The notes: a model not told the origin generated them from the sequence alone. A stretch of 64,000 nt of DNA from Dehalococcoidia bacterium (GCA_965208885.1 CBDBPS010000002.1:1879538-1943537), one strand, 5' to 3'. Shown: positions 17,250 through 27,602, numbered from the stretch's first letter. Numbers and translations are program-made.

Positions 17250-20200
17250 GTGATCGGTGGTTGCCGCGTGGCGGCCGGGCGGGCCCTCGTCGTGATCGCT
17301 CTGGGTATCGCCCTCTATGGCCTTGTGGCCCCGCGCTTCGGCGACCCGCCTGCCGCGGCACAGGAGGGTTCCGTCCCGGCCCGACCCACGGGCCTCACGG
17401 TCACCAGCGTCAGCCACAACTTCGTCGAACTGAGCTGGGACGACCCCGTCGACCCGTCCATCACCCATTACGAGGTGCTGCGGCGCGACCCGGCCGTCCA
17501 CGCCGTCGGCGAGTTCGAGACGGTCGACCCGGGCACCGGCTCGAACGCCACCAGCTACCGCGACGGCAGCGTGTCGCCTGGGCGGAGCTATCTCTACCGG
17601 GTCAAGGCAGTGAATCCCCACGGAAGCAGCGAGCAGTCGGGGTACGCCCGGGCCCACACCCCGGCGGCTCCTGCCATCGAAGAGTCCCATGCCGGGAACG
17701 GCGTGAGGCAGGCTCCCCCCGGCGCCGAATCGACCGATGCGGACCTGAGCGCGCTCAGCCTCAGCGCCGGGACGCTCGCCCCTGCCTTCGACCCGGCCCG
17801 GACCTCCTATACGGCGTCGGTGGAGCACTCGCAGTCCCGGGTCACGGTGACCGCCACGGCCTCCGATGCAGCCAACGCCACGGTCGAGTTCCTCGACGGC
17901 GACGACATGACGCTGGTGGACGCCGACGGCAACACCGAGGGCCACCAGGTGGACCTCGCCGTGGGCGACAACACGGTCAAGGTGAAGGTGACCGCCGAGG
18001 ACAACGCCACGATCCGGACCTACACGCTGGTCGTCACCCGCGCCGAATCGGACAACACCGACCTGAGCGACCTCAAGGTCAACGGCGTCAGCGTTCCCGG
18101 GTTCAGCGCCCACGTGTCGTACGGTGCGGTGGGCGTGCAATACGGCGTCGCCCCCTCGGTGACGCGGGTAACGGTTGAGGGCGTCACCGCCGACTCCAAC
18201 GCCGGGGTGGAGTACTCGGGCGCCGACGCCGACGGCGGGACCGGCGGGCAACAGATCGACCTGCTCGAGGGCGGCAATGAGCTGACGATCACCGTCACGG
18301 CGGCCGACGGCGTCACCACCAGAGACTACCTCGTCAGCGTCAACCGGGGGACGAACGCTCCCTTCGGCTGGCGGGCGCATGACGACTTCGACACGCTCCG
18401 GGCGGGTGGGACTGTCCTTCCCCAGGGCATGTGGTCCAACGGCACGACCTTGTGGGTGACGGACGACTTCGATGCGAACGACAAGCTCTTCGCCTATGTG
18501 GTAGCCACCGGGTTGCGGGATCCCGACAAGGACTTTGACACCCTGCAAGCGGCCGGGAACGAGTCCATGAGAGGCATCTGGTCGGACGGCACGACCATGT
18601 GGGTGGTGGACTGGCTCGACGAGAAAATCTACGCCTACGACCTGGAGACGCGACAGCGGAACTCCGGCAAGGACTTCAACTCCCTGCAAGCGGCCGGGAA
18701 CACCAGCCCCGCGAGCATCTGGTCGGACGGCATGACCATGTGGGTGGCGGACTGGGAGGACGACAAGCTCTACGCCTACGACCTGAACACGCGGCAGCGG
18801 GACTCCCGAAGAGACGTCGACACCCTGCGAGCGGCCGGGCAAACCTACCCTCTGGGCATCTGGTCGGACGGCACGACGATATGGGTGGGAGACTCTTTCG
18901 ACGAAAAGCTCTACGCCTACGACCTGGCGAGCGGGAAGCGGGACCGCGGCAGGGACTTCGACACTCTGGTGGCGGCCGGGAACCGCAGCCTCAGGGGCCT
19001 CTGGTCCGACGGCGCCACCATGTGGGTATCGGACAGATCCGAGGACAAGCTCTTCGCCTACAACATGCCCGGCAACGCCGACCTGACCACGCTCAGCATC
19101 AGCCCCGGGACGCTGGCCCCCGCCTTTCACCGGGTCGAGACCTCCTACACGGCGTCGGTGGTGCATTCGCAGTCCCGGGTCACGCTGACCGCCACGGCGT
19201 CCGATGCGGACGACGCCACCATCGAGTTCCTGGACGCCTCGGACGCGGCGCTGGATGACGCCGACGGCAACACCACAGGCCACCAGGTAGACCTCGCCAC
19301 GGGCGAGAACACGATCAAGGTGAAGGTGACCGCCGCAGACAACGCCACGACCCGCACCTACACGCTGGTCGTCACCCGCGCCGAATCGGACAACACCGAC
19401 CTGAGCGATCCGCAGGTCAACGGCGTCAGCGTTCCCGGGTTCAGCGCCAACGCGTCGTACAGTGCGGTGGGCGTGCAATACGGCGTCGCCCCGTCGGTGA
19501 CGCGGGCGACGATTCGGGGCGTCACCGCCGACTCCAACGCCACGGTGACCTACTCGGGCACAGACGCCGACGGCGGGACCGGCGGACACCAGATCGACCT
19601 GCTCGAGGGCGCGAATGAGCTGACGATCACTGTCACCGCCGCGGACGGCGTCACAACCAGAACCTACCCCGTCAGCATCAACCGGGGGACGGACGCCCCC
19701 TTCGGCTGGCGGGCGCAGGACGACTTCGACGCCCCGTTTGCACCTGGGAACGGAGCTCCCGATGGCCTCTGGTCGGACGGCACGACCATGTGGGTGGCGA
19801 GCGAGGCAGAAAGCAAGATCTTCGCCTATGTGCTGGACACCGGCTTGCGGGATCCCGGCAATGACTTCAACGGCCTCATGGCGGCCGGGAACATCACCCC
19901 CAGAGGATTGTGGTCCAACCGCACCACCATGTGGGTGGTGGACAGGATTCACGAGAAGATCTACGCGTATCAGCTCGCCACCCGCCAGCGAGACCCCGAC
20001 AAGGACTTCACCGCCCTGGCGGCGGCCGGGAACGACGATCCCGGGGACATCTGGTCCGACGGCACGACCATGTGGGTGGCGGACCAGGATGACAAGAAAC
20101 TCTATGCCTATCAGCTCGCCACCGGGCAGCGGGACGCCAGCAAGGACTTCAACACGTTGGCGTCCGGCAACAGTTACCCCGAGGGCATCTGGTCCGACGG

Positions 20201-23200
20201 CACGACTCTGTGGGTAGGAGACGAGGATGACGACAAGCTCTACGCCTACGACCTGGCTACCGGGAAGCGCGACTCCCGCATGGACTTCACGACCCTGCGA
20301 GGGGCCGATAACATCCGGTTCAGGGGCATCTGGTCCAACGGCACGATCATGTGGGTGACGGACCGAGTTGCGGACAAGCTCTTCGCCTACAACATGCCGG
20401 GCAACGCCGACCTGAGTGCGCTCAGCCTCAGCGGCGGGACGCTGGACCCCACCTTTCACCGGGTCGAGACATCCTACACGGCGTCGGTGGTGCATTTGCA
20501 GCCGACGATCACGGTGACCGCCACGGCGTCCGATGCGGACAACGCCACCGTCGAGTTCCTGGACGCCTCGGACGCGGCGCTGGATGACGCCGACGGCAAC
20601 ACCGATGGCCACCAGGTAGACCTCGCCGTGGGCGACAACACGATCAAGGTGAAGGTGACCGCTGCAGACGACGCCACGACCCGCACCTACACGCTCGTCG
20701 TGAAGCGTGCGCGGTCAACCTCCACTAAACTGAACGATCTGCGGATCGACGGTGTCAGCGTTCCCGGGTTCGACGCCGACGCTGACTACAGCACACTAGG
20801 CGTGCAGTACGGCGTGGGTCCCTCGGTGACGCGCGTGACGGTTGAGGCCACCGCCGCCGAAGCCAACGCCACGGTTACCTACTCGGGCACGGACGCCGAC
20901 GACGTGGCCGACGGTCATCAGTTGGACCTGAGCGTGGGCGCCAATGAGATGTCCATCACCGTCAGGGCGGACGGCGCCACGACCAGAAGGTACAAGGTCA
21001 GCGTCAACCGGGGGTCGGACGCCCCCTTTGGCTGGAAGGCGCAGGACGACATCGACACCCTGCGTGCGGCCGGCAACAGATCACCCGAGGGCCTCTGGTC
21101 GGACGGCACGACCATGTGGGTGGTCGAAGACCTCTACCCGCACGACAAGTTGCTGGCCTACACGCTCGACACCGGGCTACGGGATCCGAGCAAGGACTTC
21201 AACGGCCTCCCGCCGGCCGGGAACATAAACGCCAGGGGGTTGTGGTCGGACGGCACGACCATGTGGGTGGCGGACTGGTTGGACGAGAAGATCTACGCCT
21301 ATGTATTGAGCACCTGGCAGCGGGCCCCCGGTAAGGACTTCAACGGCCTCACATCGGCCGGGAACACGCAGCCCAGAGGGTTATGGTCCGACGACACGAC
21401 CATGTGGGTGGTAGACGAGCAGGACAGAAAGCTCTACGCCTACGACCTGGACACGCGGCAGAGGGACTCCGACAAGGACTTCACTCTGGCCTTAGTCAAT
21501 ACCAGCCCGCAGGGAGTCTGGTCGGACGGCACCACGCTCTGGGTGGGAAACCATTCAAGTCACAAACTCTATGCCTACGACCTGGCGAGTGGGAAGCGGG
21601 ACCGCAGCAGGGACTTTGACACCCTGTTTGCGGCCGGAACCCGCGGCCTCAGTGGCATCTGGTCCAACGGCACGATCATGTGGGTGGTGGACCGAGTTGC
21701 GGACAAGCTCTTCGCGTACAACATGCCGGGCAACGCCGACTTGAGCGCGCTCAGCCTGAGCGCCGGGACGCTGGATCCTGCCTTCCACCGGGTCGAGACC
21801 TCCTACAGGGTCTCGGCGCCGGCGTTCGCGTCCCGGATGACGGTGACCGCCACGGCGTCCGATGCGGCCGACGCGACGGTCGAGTTCCTGGACGGCTCGG
21901 ACGCGGCGCTGGATGACGCCGACGGCAACACGGCGGGCCAGCAGGTGGACCTGGCGGTGGGCGAGAACACCTTCAAGGTGAAGGTCACCGCCGGGGACGG
22001 CGCCACGACGCGCACCTACACGGTCGTCGTGACGCGCGCCGAACCGGCGCCGCTGAGCTTCGAGTCCTCCTCGCTGAGCGTCCCGGAGGGGGGCTCGGCC
22101 ACGGTCGTGCTCAACCTCGAGCGGGCGCCCGGCCGTCAGACCGTGGTCCCGCTGGAGGCGGTCACCGCCGGCGGCGACGCCTACCCGGGCGTGCCGCAGA
22201 GCGTGACGTTCGCCGCCACGGCGACGTCGGCGTCGTTCAGCTTCTCCGCCGGAACCGACGATCTCGTCGTCGAGGATGACGAGACCGTCACCGTCTCGTT
22301 TGGCGCGCTGCCCGAGGGTGTGACCGCGGGCAGCCGCTCAACGACCACGGTTACCATTGAGGACAACGATGAACCGAGCTGGGCGCTCTCGGTCGCCCCG
22401 GCCTCGATTGCCGAGGCGAGCACGTCGTCGTCAACGGTGTCGGTGAGCAGCGGCGGCGTGACGTTCACGGGCGCGAAGACGGTCAACCTCACCTTCGCGG
22501 GCACGGCGACCAGGGACGCCGACTACTCGGTGGCGGCCGAGACGCTGACCCTCGCGGAGGGCCAGACGACGGTCTCCGCCACCGTCGTCAGCGCGCTGGA
22601 CGACACTGTCGCGGACGCGGGCGAGCGCATCCTCATCACGGCCACGCTGGACGGCTCGAGGATCGGGACCCAGCAGGTGGTCGCCGTCGTCGACGACGAC
22701 GAGCCGGCCACCGGCATCGCGCTCAGCGTGGCGCCCTCGCGGGTGGACGAGGACGGGGGCGCCACGACGCTGACGGTGACGGGGACGCTCGACGGCTCGC
22801 CGCTCACGACGGCCACGGCGGTGTCGCTCACGCTGGCGGCGGGCACGGCCACCGTGACCGACGACTACACCGTCAACGCGTCCACGGCCACGCTCACGAT
22901 CCCGGCGGCGGCCCCCTCGGGGACGGCCCGCTTCACGCTGACGCCCGCCGACGACCAGCTCGACGACGACGACGAGACGGTGACGATCGGGGCGACGACG
23001 ACCTCCGCCCTGACGCTGTCGCCGTCTACGCTGACGGTCACGATCGCCGACAACGACGAGCCGAATGCCGCGCCGGTGTTCAACCCCCAGGCGGTGACGC
23101 GCACCCTGGTGGAGAACAGCGCGGGAGGCGTCGCGCTGGGCGCGCCGGTTGCCGCGACCGACGCGGACAACGACCAGCTGTCCTACTCGCTGTCAGGCGC

Positions 23201-26200
23201 CGGCGCCTCGTCGTTCACGATCCACGCCACGACCGCGCAGATCCGCACGGCGCCGGGCGCCGCCTACGACCACGAGACCAGGAACCGCTACGTGCTCACG
23301 GTCACCGCCGACGACTCCCGCGGCGGCGTCGCGACCGCGACGGTCACCGTCAGCGTCAGCGACGTGGACGAGCCGCCCCCCGTGCCCGCTGCCCCGCTGG
23401 TGTCGCCCACGCGCGGCTCCACCGAGAGCCTCGATGTCTCGTGGACCGCGCCCGCCGCCGCCGGCCGGCCCCCCGTCAGCGGCTACGAGCTGCGCTACCG
23501 CGCAGGCGGCGACGCGTGGGCCGAGTGGCCACACGCCGGCACGGGCATCGTGGCCACGATCAGCGGACTGCTCGCCGGTAGCAGCTACGAGGTGCAGGTG
23601 CGCGCCGCCAACGACGAGGGGGTGAGCGGCTGGTCCGCCTCGGGCATGGGGACCACCCTCACCGAAGACGCGCTGTGCCTGGGAGGGGGCCCGGCGCCGA
23701 CCGAGATCACGGTCACGTCCGTGCCGGTCGTGGTCGCCTCCACGCCCAACGTCTACTTCGTGCTCTACGTGACCCACGACCTGGACGGCGAAGAGGTGTG
23801 GACTCCCGTCTCCGTGACCATGGGAGAAGCGGTCAGGACCACGCTCGCCGAGAACGTCGACGCTCTGCCCGCCTCGCGTTACCGCGTCGAGCGCTACCTC
23901 GTCTCCGACCCGGCCGACGTCGACGGCGACTGCATCGACGACCTCACCGAACTCGCCGCCATGGGGAGTCAGAACCCCCTCAACCCGGCCCCCGCCATCG
24001 CCGTCAGGGACGGCGGCGTGGCCATCCCCGGTCGCGAGATGTTCGACGCGCTCTCCTTCACCGATCCCAACGCCGAGTACCAGTATGTGAAGTTCGCGCT
24101 GCTCGGCATGGACGGCGAGCGCCCGCTGCTCTTCTTCATCAACTCCACGACCCACCTGCGCCACCCGATCGCCTTCTTCCTGGAGGAGATCGGCCACACG
24201 GGGCCGAATCGGCCCTGGGCGATCCCCGGCGAGATCGTCTACGACCCCGACCTGATCGCGTCCGACGGCACACGCGGCGTCTACTACTTCTGGTTTATCC
24301 GCTACGACGGCCGCTACACCCCCGAGCTGCTGGAACGCGCCTACGCGATGCTCGGCGCCGCGATGCCGCTGCTGGGTGACGACCTGCCGATGTACATCCC
24401 CAACCGCCGCCTTCCCGGTTACCGGGCCGACCTGGAGACGCTCAGGGCATCGCGTATCCCGCTGCTGTTCAACGAAGACATCTTCGCGAATACCGAGTTC
24501 CTCGCCCTCAATCCCGAGACGGGCTACGGCCGGCTGCGGGTCATGGAGCAGGGCGAGCGCCCCAACCCTCGCAACGTCGTGGTCTACGAGGCGCTGCCCA
24601 ACGAGCTGCCCCGCGTCGCCGGCATCATCAGCACCGTGCCGCAGACGCCGCTCTCCCACGTCAACCTGCGCGCCGTGCAGGACGGCGTGCCCAACGCCTT
24701 CATCAAGGACGCGCTCGACAAGGACGAGGTCGACGACCTGCTCGACCAGTTCGTGCGCTACGAGGTGACCGCGGACGGCTACGAGTTGCGCGGCGCGACG
24801 CCGCGGGAGGTGGATGCCCACTTCGCCCGCTCCCGGCCCGCCCACGTGCAGACGCCCCAGCGCGACCTCTCCGTCACGACCATCACGCCCCTCAGCGACA
24901 TCACCTTCGACGACTGGAAGGCCTTCGGCGTCAAGGCCGCCAACGTAGCCGTGCTCGGGACGCTGGGCTTCCCCACGGGCACCGTGCCCGAGGGCTTCGC
25001 CATCCCCTTCTCCTTCTACGACGAGTTCATGAAGAACACCCCCCTGGGCGAGGAGACCGTCTTCGGCAAGGGCAAGGGCCCCGACGAGGACCAGTTCACG
25101 CTGGCCGCCGACGTGAAGCTCATCGACGCCGTCAAGGCGATCCTGGCCCACCCCAGGTTCCAGACGGACTTCGAGATCCAGGACGAGATGCTGGGTGACC
25201 TGCGCGACGCCATCGAGGACGCCCAGAGCCCGCAGTGGATCATCGACGCCCTGACCGCCATGCACGCGACGTACCCGGTGGGGCAGTCGCTGCGCTACCG
25301 CTCGAGCACCAACAACGAGGACCTGCCGGGCTTCAGCGGAGCGGGCCTGTACGACTCCAACACGCAGCACCCCGACGAGACCACAGAAGACGGCATCGAC
25401 AAGTCCATGAAACAGGTGTTCGCGAGCCTCTGGAACTTCCGCGCGTTCGCCGAACGGGAGTTCCATCGCATCGACCACCTCGCCACCGCGATGGGCGTGC
25501 TGGTACACCCGAACTACTCCGATGAGCGGGCCAACGGCGTGGCGGTGAGCTTCGACCCGATCCGCGGCTACTCCGACTACTACTACCTCAACACCCAGCT
25601 CGGCGAGGACCTGGTCACCAATCCCGAGGCGCACTCGGAGCCGGAGGAGATCCTCCTGCACCGCAGCGGCGACTTTTACGAAGTGCTGGCGACCTCCAAC
25701 CAGGTGGACGACCCGGGCACCCTGCTGATGAGCGACGAGCAGATGGACCAGCTGGCGGACCACCTCACCGTGATCCACGAGCGCTTCGCGCAGCTGTACG
25801 CCGGGCTGCCGTTCGCGATCGAGATCGAGTTCAAGATCACTGTCGACAACATCCTGGCGATCAAACAGGCCCGGCCGTGGGTCTTCGGCGGGGCGGCCAC
25901 CACCACTACCGGCTTCGGGGGCATCGGCCTGATCGGCGGTGGCGGTGGTCCCTCGGGGCCGGAGCCGAGCGATGTCGAGTTCGAGTGGAACGTGACTCGC
26001 GACATCGAGCAGCTCGACAGCACTCACGAGAAGCCCAGCGGCTCCTGGTCCGATGGCACGACGCTCTGGCTGCTGCAGAACGGCTCAGGCGCCGACGACG
26101 CCGTCTACGCCTACGACCTCGCGACGGGCGAGCGCCTCGAGGAGCGTGAGTTCGACCTCGACGATACGAACCGCGCCCCGCGCGGCGTCTGGTCCGACGG

Positions 26201-27602
26201 CGAGACCGCCTTCTGGGTCTCCGACAGCGGCCAGGACAAACTCTTCGCCCACGACCTCGCGACCGGTGAGCGCACCCCGGCGCGCGACATCGAGCTCGCG
26301 GACCGCAACGCCGACCCGCGCGGCATCTGGTCCGACGGCGAGACGGTCTGGGTGCTCGACGGCGGCAAGAACGGCCTCTTCGGCTACGACCTGGCGAGCG
26401 GCGCGTTGCTCGGCGAGTGCGCCCTCGACCCCGCCAACGGCGACCCGCGGGGCCTGGGGTCGGACGGCGTCACGGTCTGGGTCTCCGACCACGCCGCCAA
26501 GCGCCTCTTCGCCTACCGCCTGCCCCAGCGCGGTGCGCTGGGCGCGGAAGACAAGGCGCTCGAGCGCATCCGCGCCGAGGAGTTCGCCGAGCTGAGCGGC
26601 GCCGGCAACAACAGCCCGCGCGGCCTCTGGTCCGACGGCGCGGTGATGTACGTCGCCGACGAGAGCGACGGCCGCGTCTACACCTACAACATGCCCACCG
26701 CGATCGACGCCCGTCTCTCCTCGCTCGCGCTCAGCGGCGTGGAGTTTGGGGAGTTCGACCCCGCCGTGAGCGAGTACACCGGCGTCCCCGACGACGGGGT
26801 CACGCAGACGACGGTGGTGGCGGAGCCGGTCCAGTCCGGGGCCACCGTCACCACCGAGCCTGCGGACGCCGACGAGGCGGCCGACGGCCACCAGGTCGCC
26901 CTCGAGGGCGTCGCTGAGGTCGCCGTGACGGTGACCTCGCCGGACCGCAGCCGCGAGCGCGTCTACCGGGTGGCGCTGGCGGACGTCGCCGAGGAGCAGG
27001 TGACCGGACCGTCGGCGAGCTGCCTGCGCGGCGCGGTCAGCGTCGGCTTCAACCTCGTCGTCTACGAAGGCGGCAGCATCGAGGACCTCGTGGCCTGCGC
27101 CGAGGGCCGCCACGTCACGGCGCTCTACTCCCTGCACGAGGGGGAGTACGTCTCGTACATCCTCGGCGCACCGGAGTTTGTGAACCGCACCTTCAGCAGG
27201 CTGTTCACCGCGGGTGTGCCCGTGCTCACCGCGCTGACCGCCCGCAGCGACGGGCCGCCCACCGCAGCCCCGGCCGCCGCTGCCCCGCCCACCGGGGGCG
27301 CCGTTGACGTCGAAGCGTGGCCGGCGTGCCTGCGCGGCGAGATCGCAGCGGGCTTCAGCCTCGTGCTCTACGCCGGCGGCAGCGTCGACGACCTCGCGGC
27401 CTGCGCGGGGGAGACCGGCGTCTCGGCACTCTACGCCGTGCACGAGGGCATGTGGGTCTCGTACATCCTCGGCGCACCCGACTTCGTCAACCGCGGCTTC
27501 AGCGCACTGTTCCCCGACGGCCTCACCGCGGCGACGCCGCTCGTCGTTCGGAGCGAAACGCCTCCTGCGGGTGGCCGGATGGCAACGGCAAGCAGTGAGT
27601 AG
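17250..27602 (+). CDS. Giant secreted/surface protein with FN3, 3x [cadherin-like sandwich + 6 WSDG blades], Calx-beta, cadherin, FN3, a PEP-utilizer-like phosphotransferase unit (swivel-His + ATP-grasp PPDK_N-like), and the conserved C-terminal module.
   Basis: The ORF is open from 17091. The likely start is the GTG at ~17250-17268, before the signal/TM stretch GRALVVIALGIALYGLVAP. A Calx-beta unit reads LSFESSSLSVPEGGSATVVL...VTIEDND. The swivel-His domain reads RVAGIISTVPQTPLSHVNLRAVQDGVPNAF. The PPDK_N signature reads LRYRSSTNNEDLPGFSGAGLYDSNTQ. It ends with GGGGGPSGPEPSDVEFEW, blades and 2x CLRG. Confidence 0.85.
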   Translation: MIGGCRVAAGRALVVIALGIALYGLVAPRFGDPPAAAQEGSVPARPTGLTVTSVSHNFVELSWDDPVDPSITHYEVLRRDPAVHAVGEFETVDPGTGSNATSYRDGSVSPGRSYLYRVKAVNPHGSSEQSGYARAHTPAAPAIEESHAGNGVRQAPPGAESTDADLSALSLSAGTLAPAFDPARTSYTASVEHSQSRVTVTATASDAANATVEFLDGDDMTLVDADGNTEGHQVDLAVGDNTVKVKVTAEDNATIRTYTLVVTRAESDNTDLSDLKVNGVSVPGFSAHVSYGAVGVQYGVAPSVTRVTVEGVTADSNAGVEYSGADADGGTGGQQIDLLEGGNELTITVTAADGVTTRDYLVSVNRGTNAPFGWRAHDDFDTLRAGGTVLPQGMWSNGTTLWVTDDFDANDKLFAYVVATGLRDPDKDFDTLQAAGNESMRGIWSDGTTMWVVDWLDEKIYAYDLETRQRNSGKDFNSLQAAGNTSPASIWSDGMTMWVADWEDDKLYAYDLNTRQRDSRRDVDTLRAAGQTYPLGIWSDGTTIWVGDSFDEKLYAYDLASGKRDRGRDFDTLVAAGNRSLRGLWSDGATMWVSDRSEDKLFAYNMPGNADLTTLSISPGTLAPAFHRVETSYTASVVHSQSRVTLTATASDADDATIEFLDASDAALDDADGNTTGHQVDLATGENTIKVKVTAADNATTRTYTLVVTRAESDNTDLSDPQVNGVSVPGFSANASYSAVGVQYGVAPSVTRATIRGVTADSNATVTYSGTDADGGTGGHQIDLLEGANELTITVTAADGVTTRTYPVSINRGTDAPFGWRAQDDFDAPFAPGNGAPDGLWSDGTTMWVASEAESKIFAYVLDTGLRDPGNDFNGLMAAGNITPRGLWSNRTTMWVVDRIHEKIYAYQLATRQRDPDKDFTALAAAGNDDPGDIWSDGTTMWVADQDDKKLYAYQLATGQRDASKDFNTLASGNSYPEGIWSDGTTLWVGDEDDDKLYAYDLATGKRDSRMDFTTLRGADNIRFRGIWSNGTIMWVTDRVADKLFAYNMPGNADLSALSLSGGTLDPTFHRVETSYTASVVHLQPTITVTATASDADNATVEFLDASDAALDDADGNTDGHQVDLAVGDNTIKVKVTAADDATTRTYTLVVKRARSTSTKLNDLRIDGVSVPGFDADADYSTLGVQYGVGPSVTRVTVEATAAEANATVTYSGTDADDVADGHQLDLSVGANEMSITVRADGATTRRYKVSVNRGSDAPFGWKAQDDIDTLRAAGNRSPEGLWSDGTTMWVVEDLYPHDKLLAYTLDTGLRDPSKDFNGLPPAGNINARGLWSDGTTMWVADWLDEKIYAYVLSTWQRAPGKDFNGLTSAGNTQPRGLWSDDTTMWVVDEQDRKLYAYDLDTRQRDSDKDFTLALVNTSPQGVWSDGTTLWVGNHSSHKLYAYDLASGKRDRSRDFDTLFAAGTRGLSGIWSNGTIMWVVDRVADKLFAYNMPGNADLSALSLSAGTLDPAFHRVETSYRVSAPAFASRMTVTATASDAADATVEFLDGSDAALDDADGNTAGQQVDLAVGENTFKVKVTAGDGATTRTYTVVVTRAEPAPLSFESSSLSVPEGGSATVVLNLERAPGRQTVVPLEAVTAGGDAYPGVPQSVTFAATATSASFSFSAGTDDLVVEDDETVTVSFGALPEGVTAGSRSTTTVTIEDNDEPSWALSVAPASIAEASTSSSTVSVSSGGVTFTGAKTVNLTFAGTATRDADYSVAAETLTLAEGQTTVSATVVSALDDTVADAGERILITATLDGSRIGTQQVVAVVDDDEPATGIALSVAPSRVDEDGGATTLTVTGTLDGSPLTTATAVSLTLAAGTATVTDDYTVNASTATLTIPAAAPSGTARFTLTPADDQLDDDDETVTIGATTTSALTLSPSTLTVTIADNDEPNAAPVFNPQAVTRTLVENSAGGVALGAPVAATDADNDQLSYSLSGAGASSFTIHATTAQIRTAPGAAYDHETRNRYVLTVTADDSRGGVATATVTVSVSDVDEPPPVPAAPLVSPTRGSTESLDVSWTAPAAAGRPPVSGYELRYRAGGDAWAEWPHAGTGIVATISGLLAGSSYEVQVRAANDEGVSGWSASGMGTTLTEDALCLGGGPAPTEITVTSVPVVVASTPNVYFVLYVTHDLDGEEVWTPVSVTMGEAVRTTLAENVDALPASRYRVERYLVSDPADVDGDCIDDLTELAAMGSQNPLNPAPAIAVRDGGVAIPGREMFDALSFTDPNAEYQYVKFALLGMDGERPLLFFINSTTHLRHPIAFFLEEIGHTGPNRPWAIPGEIVYDPDLIASDGTRGVYYFWFIRYDGRYTPELLERAYAMLGAAMPLLGDDLPMYIPNRRLPGYRADLETLRASRIPLLFNEDIFANTEFLALNPETGYGRLRVMEQGERPNPRNVVVYEALPNELPRVAGIISTVPQTPLSHVNLRAVQDGVPNAFIKDALDKDEVDDLLDQFVRYEVTADGYELRGATPREVDAHFARSRPAHVQTPQRDLSVTTITPLSDITFDDWKAFGVKAANVAVLGTLGFPTGTVPEGFAIPFSFYDEFMKNTPLGEETVFGKGKGPDEDQFTLAADVKLIDAVKAILAHPRFQTDFEIQDEMLGDLRDAIEDAQSPQWIIDALTAMHATYPVGQSLRYRSSTNNEDLPGFSGAGLYDSNTQHPDETTEDGIDKSMKQVFASLWNFRAFAEREFHRIDHLATAMGVLVHPNYSDERANGVAVSFDPIRGYSDYYYLNTQLGEDLVTNPEAHSEPEEILLHRSGDFYEVLATSNQVDDPGTLLMSDEQMDQLADHLTVIHERFAQLYAGLPFAIEIEFKITVDNILAIKQARPWVFGGAATTTTGFGGIGLIGGGGGPSGPEPSDVEFEWNVTRDIEQLDSTHEKPSGSWSDGTTLWLLQNGSGADDAVYAYDLATGERLEEREFDLDDTNRAPRGVWSDGETAFWVSDSGQDKLFAHDLATGERTPARDIELADRNADPRGIWSDGETVWVLDGGKNGLFGYDLASGALLGECALDPANGDPRGLGSDGVTVWVSDHAAKRLFAYRLPQRGALGAEDKALERIRAEEFAELSGAGNNSPRGLWSDGAVMYVADESDGRVYTYNMPTAIDARLSSLALSGVEFGEFDPAVSEYTGVPDDGVTQTTVVAEPVQSGATVTTEPADADEAADGHQVALEGVAEVAVTVTSPDRSRERVYRVALADVAEEQVTGPSASCLRGAVSVGFNLVVYEGGSIEDLVACAEGRHVTALYSLHEGEYVSYILGAPEFVNRTFSRLFTAGVPVLTALTARSDGPPTAAPAAAAPPTGGAVDVEAWPACLRGEIAAGFSLVLYAGGSVDDLAACAGETGVSALYAVHEGMWVSYILGAPDFVNRGFSALFPDGLTAATPLVVRSETPPAGGRMATASSE
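17741..22030 (+). repeat. Intragenic tandem repeat, ~1.32-1.34 kb unit, x3 plus a partial fourth. Each unit encodes a cadherin-like sandwich pair plus a WSDG propeller.
   Basis: The near-identical segment gacctgagcgcgctcagcctcagcgccgggacgct...acggtgaccgccacggc recurs at 17741, 19081, 20401 and 21721. acctacacgctggtcgtcacccgcgccgaatcggacaacaccgacctgagcga recurs at 18021 and 19353. Confidence 0.85.
24390..25880 (+). other. PEP synthase/PPDK_N-like ATP-grasp nucleotide-binding domain embedded in the giant protein, preceded at ~24560-24700 by a PEP-utilizer swivel-His-like segment.
   Basis: SLRYRSSTNNEDLPGFSGAGLYDSNTQ (~25291-25370) matches the RSSA..ED...SFAGQ..T signature of PEP synthase, PPDK and rifampicin phosphotransferase. 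The upstream TPLSHVNLRAVQDGVPNAF resembles the GGRTSHAAIIARELGIP mobile-His motif. Confidence 0.55.
25930..27602 (+). repeat. Copy 3 of 4 of the conserved 3' cassette (C-terminal module).
   Basis: GLIGGGGGPSGPEPSDVEFEWNVTRDIEQLD followed by WSDG blades, a cadherin-like domain and 2x CLRG. Confidence 0.8.

Noticed and set aside
17037-20612. 1191-aa ORF on the minus strand, antisense to the 17250-27602 giant gene. There is a similar 944-aa antisense ORF at 23193-26027, and 300-400-aa antisense ORFs lie inside the other giant genes (e.g. 2793-3869, 4335-5417, 32745-33947, 26085-27443).
   Set aside because: Translations are low-complexity R/G/V/A-rich with no motifs. They fully overlap strongly supported sense genes. 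Long open antisense frames are expected in high-GC DNA.
17741-22030. Periodic repeat structure considered as a possible CRISPR array.
   Set aside because: The units are 1.3 kb long, coding, and in frame within a giant ORF. There are no short direct repeats with unique spacers and no cas genes.
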